Of a DNA stretch of 64,000 nt, positions 16,701 to 26,863 are shown one piece after another. How positions within the stretch are numbered: position 1 is the first letter of the stretch; every line of letters begins with the position of its first letter. The notes under the pieces were generated by a model. It was not told the origin of the DNA. It ran no database searches and saw only the letters and a program-made list of their open reading frames with translations. Both the position numbers and the translations under genes were made by a program. The stretch lies in assembly GCA_044229145.1 (NCBI GenBank), contig JBGATO010000008.1:1-64000 (forward strand), given 5' to 3'. The DNA comes from Candidatus Eiseniibacteriota bacterium (GTDB lineage Bacteria > Eisenbacteria > RBG-16-71-46 > CAZEPH01).

Positions 16701-19700
16701 CGAGTAGCCGAGGCCGATGGCGTAGCTGCGGCCGTTACTCGCCGTCGTCGCCGTGTTAACGAAGGCGTTGTTGCGCAGATCGAGAGTTGGCGTGAACCCC
16801 GAGACCATGATGGCGTAGGTCGCGCCGGTGACGCTTGGCATGGACGCCGAGAGCGACACCGAGTTGTGGTAGATCTGCGTCGTCGACCCGGTGGAGGTGC
16901 CAATGGCGAGGCCAGCTGCCGCCGCGTTCGCCGTGCTCGCCGCGCTCAAGCCGCCGACCGTGTTATTGGCGATCAACGTCGTGCCGCTCGCGCTCGGGCT
17001 TGTCAAGATGCCCGCGGTCGAGTTGCCGCTCGTGGCTGTCAGCGAAGCCACCGTGTTGCGCGTGACCGACGCATTGATGACCTCGTTGCCCGACACACTC
17101 CCAGTCGAGAACACGACTACACCGAGATTGATGCCGGTGAGTTCGCTCGTGCTCCCGCTCACTGCGACGATGGTGTTCCGCGAGATCTGCGCGCCGTTGT
17201 CGAACCCCACGAAGATGCCGCATTGGCGCACCGGCGTGGTGGCGCCGATGATGTTCTGCGTGATCGTCGTCCCGGTCGTCTTGGTCGAGGAGGACCCTTG
17301 CGAGAAAACGCCGAACGCGCAGCCGTCGATGGCGCAGTTCTGCACCGTGTTGTTGTTATTGCCGGTGCCCTGACTCGACTGGGAGATCAGCGTCGACCCG
17401 AAGCCGACCCCGCAGAACGTCGCAGAGGCGCCCAGTGAGTTGCCCTGCAGGTTCAGGTTCTTGAAGGTCAGATTGGTGGCGCCGTTCGAACCGGTGGCGG
17501 TCTGCGCCCAGAGCACTGCGCTCCCGAAAACGGTGCTGGTGTTGAACAGCGTCCAGTCGCGCGACGTGCCGCCATTGTTCGATCCGTCGAAGGTGAGGAA
17601 GTCGCAGCCGTTGAACACGAAAAGTGGGGACGTGCTGGTGGCGACGATGGATACCGCGTGTCCGGCGGACGGCGCGAAGGTGACGGTGTTCACCGCGCTC
17701 GATCCGCTGTTCGCGTTGATCGTCAGCGGGAAGGTCTCGCTATACGCATTGTTCACGAGCAGGAAGGTCACGGGACCGACGAGTACCTTCGCGTTCAGGT
17801 CCGCCACCGCCGCGGTGAGCGTGGCGTAGTCGGCGCCGGCGCCGACGGTGAACGTGCCGGCGAGTGTCCCGATGATCGTGTAGCTGCTCGGCGTCGTCGG
17901 CGGCGTCGACACCGCGGGTGGGTTGGCTGTGAAGCCCGCGGCGCCGGCCGACGGATTGACGCTCAGGTTCGGCGTCGATGCGACGTCCTGCGCCACGATG
18001 TAGTAGGAGACGACGTTGCCCGCGACCACACCACTGCCGAACGAAAACTGATACTGGTCGCCGCCGAGTGACACGCCAGTGGCCGGCTGATACGCGCCGG
18101 CATTGATGCGCCAGTACAGCACCGGGAGGCCGACGCCGCTCGCAGGCACCCCGCCGCCGTCGGCGATCGTCGCGGTCAGCGTCTGCGCCGCGAGCGAGAT
18201 CGTGTTGGCGAGCGGCGTGTAGACGATGACCGGCGCGGTGACGTCGATGCCGGTGAAGGTGCCGGCATCGGCGCCGAGGTCGACCGGCGTGAGACCGGCG
18301 CGGCTCTGCCCGTCGAAATCGTCGGTGACGGACGCTTGCGCGATGCCGGAATGCTCGATCGGCGTTGCGGCCGCGCCGTCGATGTGGAGATCGACGACGC
18401 CCGCGGCCCCGGTGGCGTTCACGAACTTCGGGTCGCCCGAGATGCTCGAGAGGTCGAGGCCGGTGGCCGTCTGCCATGCGGCGAGCGTCGTCTGGTCCCC
18501 TCCGTTGAACCGCCCGACCGCGCCGTTGGTGCCGCTGACGAACAGGTCGTTGTAGCTACAGGTGAGGCCGGCCGGATTCGGCGTGGTGCCGCCGACCGCG
18601 ATCGCATAGTGCCGCGAGGTGCCGGAGACCGAGTTCGATCGTGCGTTCCAGAAGATGTTGTCCTGGATGACCCGCGTGCCCGAGGTGACGCTGCTCGTGA
18701 ACGCGAAGGTGTTGAGGCTCGGGGTGCCGACGGCCGTGCCGCCGACGAAGACCGAATTGTGCAGGTAGGAGGAAGAGCCGCCCGCCTCGTTGATGCCGAA
18801 CATGCCGCAGGGTGTCGCGATCGACGCGCCGTTGGCGTCCACGCCGACGCGGATCATGTTGTTTTGGTAGGTGATGGTGCCGGCCTGCACCGAGATGCCC
18901 GTGATCGACGCGCCTGTGCTCGTGCTCGCCACCGACAGGCTGTGCACGAAGTTGCGCGACACCAGATTCGTGCCCGAAGACGGACCGGACACCAGCATGC
19001 CGTAGACGGTGGATGATGCGCTGGTCGCGCTCGTCGACAGTGTGTGCACCACGTTCTGGCTGATCGTCACCGGCGCGGTCGTACTGGTGCTCAGGAGGCC
19101 GATCACGGGGGCGCTCGTGAAGCTGAAGAAGGACGTGGTGGCCGCCGACAGCATGCGGATCGTGTTGCCGGTCACCGTCGCACTCGGCCCGCTGCAGACG
19201 ATGCCTCGCGTCTGTGCGATCCCACCGCCGGTGTAGCCGTTCGCGAGGTTCGCCACCGTGTTGCCGCTCACGGTGCACGCGAGCGAGGCCTGATTGTCGA
19301 TGCCGGTGATGTTCGACGCCCCGCTGGTCGCCGGCACCGCGATGCTGCTCGCGGTGCTCAGACTGCCGACGAGATTGCCAGAGACCGTGGCGCCCGCGCT
19401 GCCCACGGCGATGCCGGTGAAGGAGTGGGCGTTGCTGGTCGAAGAGCCGCCCACCGTGATCGACCCGATGGTGTTGTTCGCGATCGTGGAGGCGGGCGAC
19501 GAGGAGCCGGACGATGCCACGATGCCGTAACTCACGCCGGCCGTCGTCGTCGTGCCGGTGAGCACGATCGAGCCGGTTCCGGTCCCCGCGCCGATGGTGT
19601 TGCCGGTGACCGTGCCGACGAGAGACGGCGTGCTGGCGCGGATGCCGCACCACGTCCCCGGAAGCGAGAAGAGCGCCGTACTGGACGTCCACGCGAAGTT

Positions 19701-21629
19701 CGCGACCGTGTTGCCCTGAATGCTGACGGTCGACGACAGTCCGGCCGCCGCCGCATCGATGCCGATGAATCGCGCCGCGCCGCTGGAGACCGTCCACGGC
19801 GCGCCGCCCGCGTTCGGTGCGGAGCCGCCGATCACGTTGCCGCTGAGCAGGATGCCGGTGGCCGACGCACTCGCCCCCACCAGGATCGCCTCGTGGATCG
19901 AGGCCGTGGGAGCGGCCCGCGACACCGTCTGATAGAAGCTGTTGCCGGACACGGTGCACCCGTTGACGCCGGCCCCGATCCGCACGCCCGCCGATCCGGA
20001 GGCGTCGTTGAAGAAGTTGAAGATGTTGCAGCCGGTGACCGTGCAGCCGTCGTTCGGGGTAAGTGTCGATCCGGACAGCAGCACGCCGTTGAGCGGCGTC
20101 GTGGCGCCGTCACCGACGTCGCAGGTGCTCAGGGCGATGGCGTCGTTGCCGTTGGCGCCGGTAGTCGTCCCGATCACCACCACGCCACCCGAGGTGGACG
20201 TGTTGACGCCGCGCAGCGTGACGAAGGTCAGCGCGTCGTCGTGCGATTCGTTCTGGAAGCGGACGGCGATGCCGCTGGTGGATGTGTTCTCGACCGTCAG
20301 GTGCTTGGCAGTGCCGGCGCCGCCGGGGCGGCCGTCGACCGTCGTGAAGGAGGCGCCCTGGAAGTCGAGCGTCGCGGTGGCGCTGCCCGAGGTCAGCGTG
20401 AGGTTGGTGGCGCCGGTCTGCGGGCGGATCGTCAGCGTGTTGGTGGCGCTGGCGCCCGGCACGGGGCCGACCACCACCGGGAAGCCCGGCTCGGCAGCGC
20501 TGGTGTAGCCGGATTGCAGTTCGAGCGCGAGCGCGCCGCCCACGCCGACGGTCGCGACGTCCGCGAGGGCCGCGGTGAGGCTCGCATAGGTGCCGGTCGG
20601 ACCGACGCTCCGCACGCCGGACAGCGGCGCCACGGTGCCTTGCGTGCCGGTCGCCGCGCCCGCGCTGAGCGAGCCGCTGGAGACCGCGAACACCTTCCAG
20701 AAGTACGTGGTGCCCGGGGTGAGCCCGGTGACAGCGCCCGAGGTCGCGTTCGCCGCCGTCTGGGCGGCGAAGTCGTAGGTGATGCCGTCGAGCGAGCGGA
20801 AGATGGCGTAGCCCGCTTCGTTGCTGGCGTTGTCCGTCCACGTCAGGGTCATGCCGAAGGCGCCGATCGCCGTGAAACCGAGGCCGGTGGGGTCCGCAGG
20901 TACCGGCGGCGTGAAGCCGTACGCCGTGCCCGCCGCGATCGCGGCGGTGTTCGCGTTGTCGGCGGTCGTGTAGCTCACCGTCCCGGCGGACGCGGTCACG
21001 CTGGCGAGCGAGTTCACGGCCGAGCTGAACCCGATCGAGGCACCGCCATCGGCCGTGTTGAGCGCCATGCCGCTGCCGTAGACGATGTCGACACGCCCGC
21101 CGCCTTCCGACAGCCACAGCTGAAAGGTCGCGGCGCCGGGCTGACCGAAGCCGACCCGCGGCACCTGCATGTTCTGCCACTCGATCACCAGCTTGCGGGC
21201 CGGCGTGCTGCCGACCACCTTGGCGCGGACGGAGCCGTTGGTGCCGGTCATCAGGTTGTCCCAGTACGGCGCTACCTGCGGCATGTTGTTGGTGAAGGTG
21301 AGGTCGTTGATGAGGTCGAGGATCGGCGTGGACCCGAACCGCATGGAGCCGTCGGTGCAGACGGAGTACTGCGTCTGCCGCACGCCCGCGAACCAGAAGT
21401 CGAACCCGATGTTCTGGACCGTCGAGACGCTGTTGTCCTGGTCGCTGCCGATCAACTGCGTGGCCCCGGTCATGTCCTCGAGGACGGCTCCGGAGGACAC
21501 CGCGAAGGGGTAACTGGACGCGGTGATGGCTTGGGCATGTGCCCGCTGCGGCACGAGGCACGCCAGGGGCAGGAGCACCAGCAACGGAAGCCGGACGCAT
21601 AGCGCACGGAGGCGGAGTCGGGAGCGCAT
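13746..21629 (-). CDS. Giant secreted beta-helix protein (about 2630 aa) with FN3-like, CARDB-like and InlB-B-like domains and a C-terminal FlgD-Ig/T9SS-like domain; paralog of the first giant protein
   Basis: Signal peptide MRSRLRLRALCVRLPLLVLLPLACLVPQRAHAQ. FN3-type motifs LTWTDNASNEAGYAI and LTPGTTYFWKV. TPDIGADE motifs. C-terminal PNPF...DARGRQV...WDG...GLYFLRL. Confidence 0.9.
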   Translation of the reverse strand: MRSRLRLRALCVRLPLLVLLPLACLVPQRAHAQAITASSYPFAVSSGAVLEDMTGATQLIGSDQDNSVSTVQNIGFDFWFAGVRQTQYSVCTDGSMRFGSTPILDLINDLTFTNNMPQVAPYWDNLMTGTNGSVRAKVVGSTPARKLVIEWQNMQVPRVGFGQPGAATFQLWLSEGGGRVDIVYGSGMALNTADGGASIGFSSAVNSLASVTASAGTVSYTTADNANTAAIAAGTAYGFTPPVPADPTGLGFTAIGAFGMTLTWTDNASNEAGYAIFRSLDGITYDFAAQTAANATSGAVTGLTPGTTYFWKVFAVSSGSLSAGAATGTQGTVAPLSGVRSVGPTGTYASLTAALADVATVGVGGALALELQSGYTSAAEPGFPVVVGPVPGASATNTLTIRPQTGATNLTLTSGSATATLDFQGASFTTVDGRPGGAGTAKHLTVENTSTSGIAVRFQNESHDDALTFVTLRGVNTSTSGGVVVIGTTTGANGNDAIALSTCDVGDGATTPLNGVLLSGSTLTPNDGCTVTGCNIFNFFNDASGSAGVRIGAGVNGCTVSGNSFYQTVSRAAPTASIHEAILVGASASATGILLSGNVIGGSAPNAGGAPWTVSSGAARFIGIDAAAAGLSSTVSIQGNTVANFAWTSSTALFSLPGTWCGIRASTPSLVGTVTGNTIGAGTGTGSIVLTGTTTTAGVSYGIVASSGSSSPASTIANNTIGSITVGGSSTSNAHSFTGIAVGSAGATVSGNLVGSLSTASSIAVPATSGASNITGIDNQASLACTVSGNTVANLANGYTGGGIAQTRGIVCSGPSATVTGNTIRMLSAATTSFFSFTSAPVIGLLSTSTTAPVTISQNVVHTLSTSATSASSTVYGMLVSGPSSGTNLVSRNFVHSLSVASTSTGASITGISVQAGTITYQNNMIRVGVDANGASIATPCGMFGINEAGGSSSYLHNSVFVGGTAVGTPSLNTFAFTSSVTSGTRVIQDNIFWNARSNSVSGTSRHYAIAVGGTTPNPAGLTCSYNDLFVSGTNGAVGRFNGGDQTTLAAWQTATGLDLSSISGDPKFVNATGAAGVVDLHIDGAAATPIEHSGIAQASVTDDFDGQSRAGLTPVDLGADAGTFTGIDVTAPVIVYTPLANTISLAAQTLTATIADGGGVPASGVGLPVLYWRINAGAYQPATGVSLGGDQYQFSFGSGVVAGNVVSYYIVAQDVASTPNLSVNPSAGAAGFTANPPAVSTPPTTPSSYTIIGTLAGTFTVGAGADYATLTAAVADLNAKVLVGPVTFLLVNNAYSETFPLTINANSGSSAVNTVTFAPSAGHAVSIVATSTSPLFVFNGCDFLTFDGSNNGGTSRDWTLFNTSTVFGSAVLWAQTATGSNGATNLTFKNLNLQGNSLGASATFCGVGFGSTLISQSSQGTGNNNNTVQNCAIDGCAFGVFSQGSSSTKTTGTTITQNIIGATTPVRQCGIFVGFDNGAQISRNTIVAVSGSTSELTGINLGVVVFSTGSVSGNEVINASVTRNTVASLTATSGNSTAGILTSPSASGTTLIANNTVGGLSAASTANAAAAGLAIGTSTGSTTQIYHNSVSLSASMPSVTGATYAIMVSGFTPTLDLRNNAFVNTATTASNGRSYAIGLGYSSTPGNYANLTSSNNDLFVPSRSNAFVGVTGSLSINFTNRATLTDWNAETGRDVPGVSWSALPPFISATDLHMMPGAPTVLEAHGTPLAAVATDLDGDARNVSTPDIGADEGSFTAWFTTDLAGTGFVEPTNGSTRGAGVPFTPQATFTNGGTATLTNTTVRYRILDPSSVEIYNQIATIASVGPAVSTTVSFPATTFPAAGTYTLIANAEAAGDQASGNDQVTGSVTVLAALAGPYNIGVGGDFTTITAALAQLALVGASGAVEFQLTDASYPSETFPITVQPFAGASASRTLTIHPKAGVSTSLSSIGTVFKINGADFVTLDGSNNGTASRNLTLTTTLSGSVAGVWVSSPTASNPATNNTIKNVIVRGSASTGSLMGIYSGGSTISTTAPAGDGPGITAALAPNSNNSYVNNQISKVLYGIFLSGVSAASPDQNALVSGNALGSPTSGDGFGTAGIWALFQQNATITQNDIQNVTSTNAIEIAGIELWDCTGAAVTRNSVHDCSMTSAGGRLFGLRQQGTAFVTAGAPSANLYANNVLSGLSSSGQSFWAMSGINLDAGFGDRVVFNSVSLSGTLSGNSSTPAAAFSNGSPAGGVGATSIDVRDNVFSVTGTAAVAAKVYAHYTNLSSWSGSTVDFNDLFVAPTGSAVGLVGRFAGADASTLAAWRTATGQEAHSLAASPLFVGTTDLHIAAPADGAVSPLANAGTPVSGVTVDVDGATRSLTTPDIGADEFATFALAVSGANGSVAVSPLQPSYNPGSTVTLTATPDAGFAFAGWSGDASGAVNPLGVTMSADKSIIASFVAETFTITASAGSGGAISPSGAVVVNSGASQAFTITPASGFHVDDVLVDGASVGAVTTFTFTNVTASHTIAATFAADPVSALLAGLPAPTRLAVVTAAPNPFAGHVEIAFGSPRAQAVRAVVCDARGRQVADLGTHYVTPGYTVLRWDGHLQDGARAAAGLYFLRLEGASERATYRITYRP

Positions 21630-22007
21630 GGAAAGTTTCCTGATGGTTGGGACCTGTCCCGCCAGGGACGGCAACGCGCGTGGGGCGGCAGGGCGCGGAG
21701 ACGGCCGTGGGGCGGGCACGGATGCTCAGGGCGGGGATCCCGGTGGGATCGTCCGAAGTGCTGTCGGGTGAGGAGTACGACTGATGGCCGGAGGGGCTCC
21801 AAGGGGAGCGCGATCCTCCGCAGACCCACGGAGTTTACCGGGCTGAGATCGACCCGGTCAATTCTGGAAGGGGGAGTTGGGAGTGAAGGCCGCGATGGTT
21901 CTCGACGCCCGCGCCGCCCCTGTGTAGGATACCGCCTCTCTCTCCCCGGCCGCCCGCGGCGGCGCGGGGCAACGGCTTGTATCGCATTCCGATCGAGGCG
22001 CTGACTC

Positions 22008-22634
22008 GTGAGCGACAGAACACCGGAAATCCTGCGCGGCGCGATCCCTGTTCCGGCCGGCATGGACGCGGCCACCGCCGCCATGACCCAGAAGGCCGAC
22101 GCCGACATCGACGCCGCGCCGATGGGCAAGGGCTGGATGGTCACCACACTGGATGCGGCGGTCGCCTGGGGACGCAAGAACGCCCTATGGCCGTACGCGT
22201 TCGGCACCGCCTGCTGCGCCATCGAGTTCATGGGTGTGGTGGACGCCCACTACGACATCGCCCGCTTCGGCGCCGAGGTGTTGCGGTTCTCGCCACGCCA
22301 GGCGGACATGATGCTGGTGGCCGGCACCATCACCGACAAGATGGGTCCGGTGCTGCGCAAGGTCTACGAGCAGATGCTCGAGCCCAAGTACGTCATCGCC
22401 ATGGGCGTCTGCGCGTCGAGCGGCGGCTTCTACCGCTCGTACCACGTGATGCAGGGCATCGACGAGGTGGTGCCGGTGGACGTCTACGTCCCGGGCTGCC
22501 CGCCGACGCCGGAAGGTCTGATCGACGCCGTCATCAAGTTGCAGCAGCGCATCCAGAAGGGCGAGAACGCCCGCGCTGTCGACCGCCGGATCGTGCCCGC
22601 CGGCCACATCATCGCCAAGGGTGGCACGCACTAG
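22008..22634 (+). CDS. nuoB: NADH-quinone oxidoreductase subunit B
   Basis: [43 protein letters not shown] (N2 cluster ligands). Confidence 0.95.
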   Translation: MSDRTPEILRGAIPVPAGMDAATAAMTQKADADIDAAPMGKGWMVTTLDAAVAWGRKNALWPYAFGTACCAIEFMGVVDAHYDIARFGAEVLRFSPRQADMMLVAGTITDKMGPVLRKVYEQMLEPKYVIAMGVCASSGGFYRSYHVMQGIDEVVPVDVYVPGCPPTPEGLIDAVIKLQQRIQKGENARAVDRRIVPAGHIIAKGGTH

Positions 22635-22647
22635 CCCGGAGCTTCGC

Positions 22648-23229
22648 ATGTCCTCGACGCAGCTTCCCCAGACGCACGCCGCCCACGTCGCCCTCGACGT
22701 GTTGCGCGAGTGCTGTCCCGACGCCATCCTCGGTGTGACCGAGGAGTTCGGCGACCTCGCGGTGACGCTCGACAAGTCGGTCGCGGTGCAGGCCTGCACG
22801 GCGCTGCGCGACGACGCCCGCACGCGGTTCGACATGTTCCTCGACCTGTGCGGCGTGGACTGGTACGAGAACCGCGACGTGCGCTTCGACGTCGTCCTCC
22901 ACCTCTACTCGGTGGCGAAGAATCATCGCCTGCGCGTGATCTTCCCGGTCGGCGAGGGCGAGGAGATCGCCACGCTGGTCGGCGTGTGGAAGGGCACCAA
23001 CTGGTTCGAGCGCGAGTGCTGGGACATGTACGGCATCGTGTTCGCCGGCCACCCGTGGCTCAAGCGGATCCTCACGCACGAAGACTTCAAGGGCCACCCG
23101 CTGCGCAAGGACTACGACCCGACGCTGCGCCACCCGTACAGCGGCGACGCCGATCTGCCGCAGCGGTTGTTCGACGCCGAGATGGGCGCGGGCGAACTGG
23201 CGCCCTTGCCGGATGGGAGGATGCGCTAG
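22648..23229 (+). CDS. nuoB-adjacent nuoC: NADH-quinone oxidoreductase subunit C
   Basis: FLDLCGVD, W.GTNWFERECWDMYGIVFAGHP.LKRIL, GHPLRKDY. ATG at 22648. Confidence 0.93.
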   Translation: MSSTQLPQTHAAHVALDVLRECCPDAILGVTEEFGDLAVTLDKSVAVQACTALRDDARTRFDMFLDLCGVDWYENRDVRFDVVLHLYSVAKNHRLRVIFPVGEGEEIATLVGVWKGTNWFERECWDMYGIVFAGHPWLKRILTHEDFKGHPLRKDYDPTLRHPYSGDADLPQRLFDAEMGAGELAPLPDGRMR

Positions 23230-23231
23230 TC

Positions 23232-24431
23232 ATGAATCCGCACGAGCTCGCGGCGCCCGTCCAGACGCCGGAACGCGTCCTCATCAACATCGGCCCGGGC
23301 CACCCGGCCACCCACGGCACCTTCCGCGTCACCACCGTGCTCGAGGGCGAGCGCGTCGTCGACTCCTACACGCAGATCGGCTACTTGCACCGCTGCATGG
23401 AGAAGATGTCGGAGACGCACTCGTATCTCCAGATCATGCCGTTCACCGATCGTCTCAACTACTGCTCGTCGTTCATGAACAACGTCGGGTACGCGATGAC
23501 GATGGAGAAGATGCTCGGCCTCGAAATCCCGCCGAAGGCGATGTACGTCCGCGTGATCCTCTCCGAGTGGAGCCGCATCATGGACCACTTGGTGTGCATC
23601 ACGACGAACATCGTCGACCTCGGCGCGATCACGCCGTTCTGGTACGGCTTCGTGGTGCGCGAGATGATCTACGGCTTGCTCGAAGCCTGCTGCGGCGCCC
23701 GCCTCACCGTGAACTACGCGCGCATCGGCGGCCTGTCCGACGACATCCCGTCCGACTTCGTGGCGATGAACCGCAAGATCCTGTCGATGATGGACCAGCT
23801 GTTCACCGACATCCACGAACTCAACACCAAGAACCGCATCTTCAACGAGCGCACCCGCGGCGTCGGCCCGATGACGCCGGAGAACGCGATCGCCTGGGGC
23901 TGGACCGGCCCGGTGCTGCGCGCCGCCGGCGTCGCCTACGACGTGCGCAAGGCGGAGCCCTACTACGACTACGACAAGTTCGAGTGGGACGTGCCCGTCG
24001 GCACCACCGGCGACACCTACGACCGCTACCTGGTGCGCATGGAGGAGATCCGCCAGAGCATCCGCATCATCGAGCAGGCGCTGGCCGGCCTGCCCGAGGG
24101 CGACTGGTGTGTGAAGAACCCCGGCGTCGCGCTGCCGCCGAAGGACGAGGTCTACCACACGATCGAAGGCTTGATGGATCACTTCAAGCTGATCATGCAC
24201 GGCATCCACGTGCCGGCGGGCCAGACCTACTGCGCCACCGAGGCCGCCAACGGCGAACTCGGCTACTACATCATCAGCGACGGCGGCAAGAACCCGTACC
24301 GCCTGCACGTGCGGCCGCCATGCTTCGCGATCTTCCAGGCCTTCGACGAAATGCTGAAGGGCTGCTACGTCGCGGACCTCGTCGCCATCCTCGGCTCGAT
24401 CAACATCGTGGCCGGCGAACTCGAACGCTAG
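23232..24431 (+). CDS. nuoD: NADH-quinone oxidoreductase subunit D
   Basis: NIGPGHPATHGT, IGYLHRCMEK, DRLNY, GPVLRAAG, EAANGELG and the C-terminal GSINIVAGELER. Confidence 0.95.
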   Translation: MNPHELAAPVQTPERVLINIGPGHPATHGTFRVTTVLEGERVVDSYTQIGYLHRCMEKMSETHSYLQIMPFTDRLNYCSSFMNNVGYAMTMEKMLGLEIPPKAMYVRVILSEWSRIMDHLVCITTNIVDLGAITPFWYGFVVREMIYGLLEACCGARLTVNYARIGGLSDDIPSDFVAMNRKILSMMDQLFTDIHELNTKNRIFNERTRGVGPMTPENAIAWGWTGPVLRAAGVAYDVRKAEPYYDYDKFEWDVPVGTTGDTYDRYLVRMEEIRQSIRIIEQALAGLPEGDWCVKNPGVALPPKDEVYHTIEGLMDHFKLIMHGIHVPAGQTYCATEAANGELGYYIISDGGKNPYRLHVRPPCFAIFQAFDEMLKGCYVADLVAILGSINIVAGELER

Positions 24432-24448
24432 GAAAGGACCTCACTGGC

Positions 24449-25747
24449 GTGCCGATCCGAAACCTCGTCACCGAGAACATCGACAAGCCGGGCGTGCGGA
24501 CGCTCGACGGATACCGCGGCGTCGGCGGCTACGAGACGCTCGCCCAAGTGCTGCGCGACAAGCCGGAGCCGGCGTCCATCACCGAGCAGGTGAAGGCGTC
24601 CGGGCTGCGCGGCCGCGGCGGCGCCGGCTTCCCGACCGGCATGAAGTGGGGCTTCATCCCGAAGGACGCCGACACCGTCTATCTCGTCTGCAACGCCGAC
24701 GAGAGCGAGCCCGGCACCTTCAAGGACAAGGTCATCATCGACCTCATGCCGCACCGCTTGCTCGAAGGCATGGCGATCGCGGCGTACGCGCTCAAGTGCC
24801 GCACCTCGTTCATCTACATCCGCGGCGAAATGGCCGAGGGCGCGCGCATCCTCGAGGCCGCGGTGGCCGAGGCGAAGGCCGCGGGCCTGCTCGGCGAGAA
24901 CATCCTCGGCAGCGGCTGGTCGCACGACATCGTCGTGTTCCGCGGCGCCGGCGCGTATGTCTGTGGCGAGGAGACCGGACTGCTCGAGTCGCTCGAGGGC
25001 AAGCGCGGCTACCCGCGCATCAAGCCGCCGTTCCCCGCCATCAAGGGTCTGTACGGCAAGCCGACGGTGGTCAACAACGTCGAGACGCTGGCCGTGGTGC
25101 CGTGGATCGTCAAGCACGGCGGCGCCGCGTATGCCGCGATCGGCACGCCGAAGTCGACCGGCACCAAGATGTTCAGCGTGTGCGGCGACGTCGTGAAGCC
25201 GGGTGTCTACGAGATCGTCATGGGTGAGACCACCATGAAGGAGATGATCTACGACATCTGCGGCGGCATCCGCGACGGCATGAAGTTGAAGGCGGTGATT
25301 CCGGGCGGGTCCTCGGTGCCGGTGCTCACCGCCGCCGAGTGCGAGAACGTGACGCTTGACTACGAAGGCATCCAGGCGGCCGGCTCGCTGCTCGGCTCGG
25401 GCGGCATGATCGTCTACGCCGACTGCCAGGACATGGTGGAATCGCTCAGCGTGTTGCTCGAGTTCTACGCCGACGAGTCGTGCGGCCAGTGCACGCCGTG
25501 CCGCGAAGGCTCCGGCTGGACGAACCGCATCGTGCACAAGATCCTCGAAGGCAAGGGCACGCACGAGGACTTGAAGACGCTCGAGGACCTCGCGTTCAAC
25601 GCGTCCGGCCGTACCATCTGCGCGCTGGCCGACGCGTGGGCGATGCCGATCCAGTCGCACCTCCAGCGCTTCCGTCACGAGTTCGTCGACTACATCGAGG
25701 GCCGCAAGGTGCGCCACGGCGACCTGATCGCGGCGGCTCACCACTAG
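24449..25747 (+). CDS. nuoF: NADH-quinone oxidoreductase subunit F (FMN/NADH-binding)
   Basis: GTG at 24449 after AAAGGA. SGLRGRGGAGFPTGMKW, CNADESEPGTFKD, GAGAYVCGEETGLLESLEG, ESCGQCTPCREG. Confidence 0.95.
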   Translation: MPIRNLVTENIDKPGVRTLDGYRGVGGYETLAQVLRDKPEPASITEQVKASGLRGRGGAGFPTGMKWGFIPKDADTVYLVCNADESEPGTFKDKVIIDLMPHRLLEGMAIAAYALKCRTSFIYIRGEMAEGARILEAAVAEAKAAGLLGENILGSGWSHDIVVFRGAGAYVCGEETGLLESLEGKRGYPRIKPPFPAIKGLYGKPTVVNNVETLAVVPWIVKHGGAAYAAIGTPKSTGTKMFSVCGDVVKPGVYEIVMGETTMKEMIYDICGGIRDGMKLKAVIPGGSSVPVLTAAECENVTLDYEGIQAAGSLLGSGGMIVYADCQDMVESLSVLLEFYADESCGQCTPCREGSGWTNRIVHKILEGKGTHEDLKTLEDLAFNASGRTICALADAWAMPIQSHLQRFRHEFVDYIEGRKVRHGDLIAAAHH

Positions 25748-26719
25748 GTGGCGCACGCCGCGGCTCTGGACCCGCGCGAGGCGGAAGTCCTCGCCGACAT
25801 GGAGCCGCGGGTCAGGGTTCTCACGGCGGCGCACGAGCACAAGCGCACGCTGTGGTTTCCCGCCGATCTGCTCGACCTGGCGTGCGGCGACGATCCGGCT
25901 GCCGTCCACGCCGAACGCCGGGCACGCGCCGCCGGTTTGAGCGGTCCGGCTCGCGCCGCCATGATCCTCGGGCTCATCACTGAGGAAGGTCTGCCGCACT
26001 TCCACAAGATGGTCGCGGATCACTTCGGCGAGGGCAGCGCCTGGGTCGGGTGGCGCGACCTGTGGACCGCCGAGGAAGAGCGCCACGGTGCCGTGTTGCA
26101 GCTCTACTTCCGCGAGGCCGGTGTGTTCGACCTCGCGCGGATCCAGCGCCTGCAGTTCGACTATCTACGCGCGGGCTTCTATCCGGCGTGGCGCGCCCGC
26201 GATCCGTACAGCATGCTCGCCTACACGTCGCTCCAAGAACGCGCGACCCAGATCACCCACGCCAACACGGGCAAATTCGTCGAGGATACAGATCCGGCCT
26301 TGGCCCGGATCTATCGCAACATTGCCGCCGATGAAGCGCGGCACTGGGTGTTCTATCGCGCTGCATATCGCGATGCGCTCGCCCGCGATCCCAACGCTGT
26401 CCTCGTCGCGACCGCGCGCGTCATGATCGCGATGGACATGCCAGGGGTGCGGATGGAACGCTTCCCCGAACTCGCCGACGTCGTGAGCCGCGCCGGGGTC
26501 TACGGCGCCGAGCATTACCGTGGCATCGTCGAGGAGCTCATTGCGTTCTGGGATCTCGCCGCGCTCACTGGGCTGTCGCCCGAAGGGCGCCAGGCGCTCG
26601 ACACGATTCTCGCGCTCCCGGCGCGCCTGGCCAAGCTGGCTGTACACGCGCGCGCGCGCCGCAAGCCGCGCGCATTCGACCTCTCGGACTTGGGGGCGCT
26701 CACGTTCGAGATGGCGTAG
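25748..26719 (+). CDS. Acyl-ACP desaturase (soluble di-iron, ferritin-like DesA family), paralog 1
   Basis: TEEGLPHFH, WTAEEERHG, YTSLQERATQITH, IAADEARH. The GTG start directly follows the nuoF stop. Confidence 0.9.
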   Translation: MAHAAALDPREAEVLADMEPRVRVLTAAHEHKRTLWFPADLLDLACGDDPAAVHAERRARAAGLSGPARAAMILGLITEEGLPHFHKMVADHFGEGSAWVGWRDLWTAEEERHGAVLQLYFREAGVFDLARIQRLQFDYLRAGFYPAWRARDPYSMLAYTSLQERATQITHANTGKFVEDTDPALARIYRNIAADEARHWVFYRAAYRDALARDPNAVLVATARVMIAMDMPGVRMERFPELADVVSRAGVYGAEHYRGIVEELIAFWDLAALTGLSPEGRQALDTILALPARLAKLAVHARARRKPRAFDLSDLGALTFEMA

Positions 26720-26863
26720 CCGGCACTCTGCGCGTCGCGCCTCACTGTGTGCTTCAGCACTACTGCCAGGTGGCCGATACCGCTGTGAGCCGCCCACGCG
26801 TCACCATTCTGAACCGCTGCGAGCGCGCGCGAATCGTTGCCCCAACCACGCGAGGACCCACGG

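Noticed and set aside
22710..25747. Apparent N-terminal extensions of NuoD (from 22710) and NuoF (from 23213), and likewise NuoI (from 31694)
   Set aside because: These are overlapping off-frame reads of the upstream genes. Family homology begins at 23232, 24449 and 32186, and no NuoE motif is hidden in the extensions.
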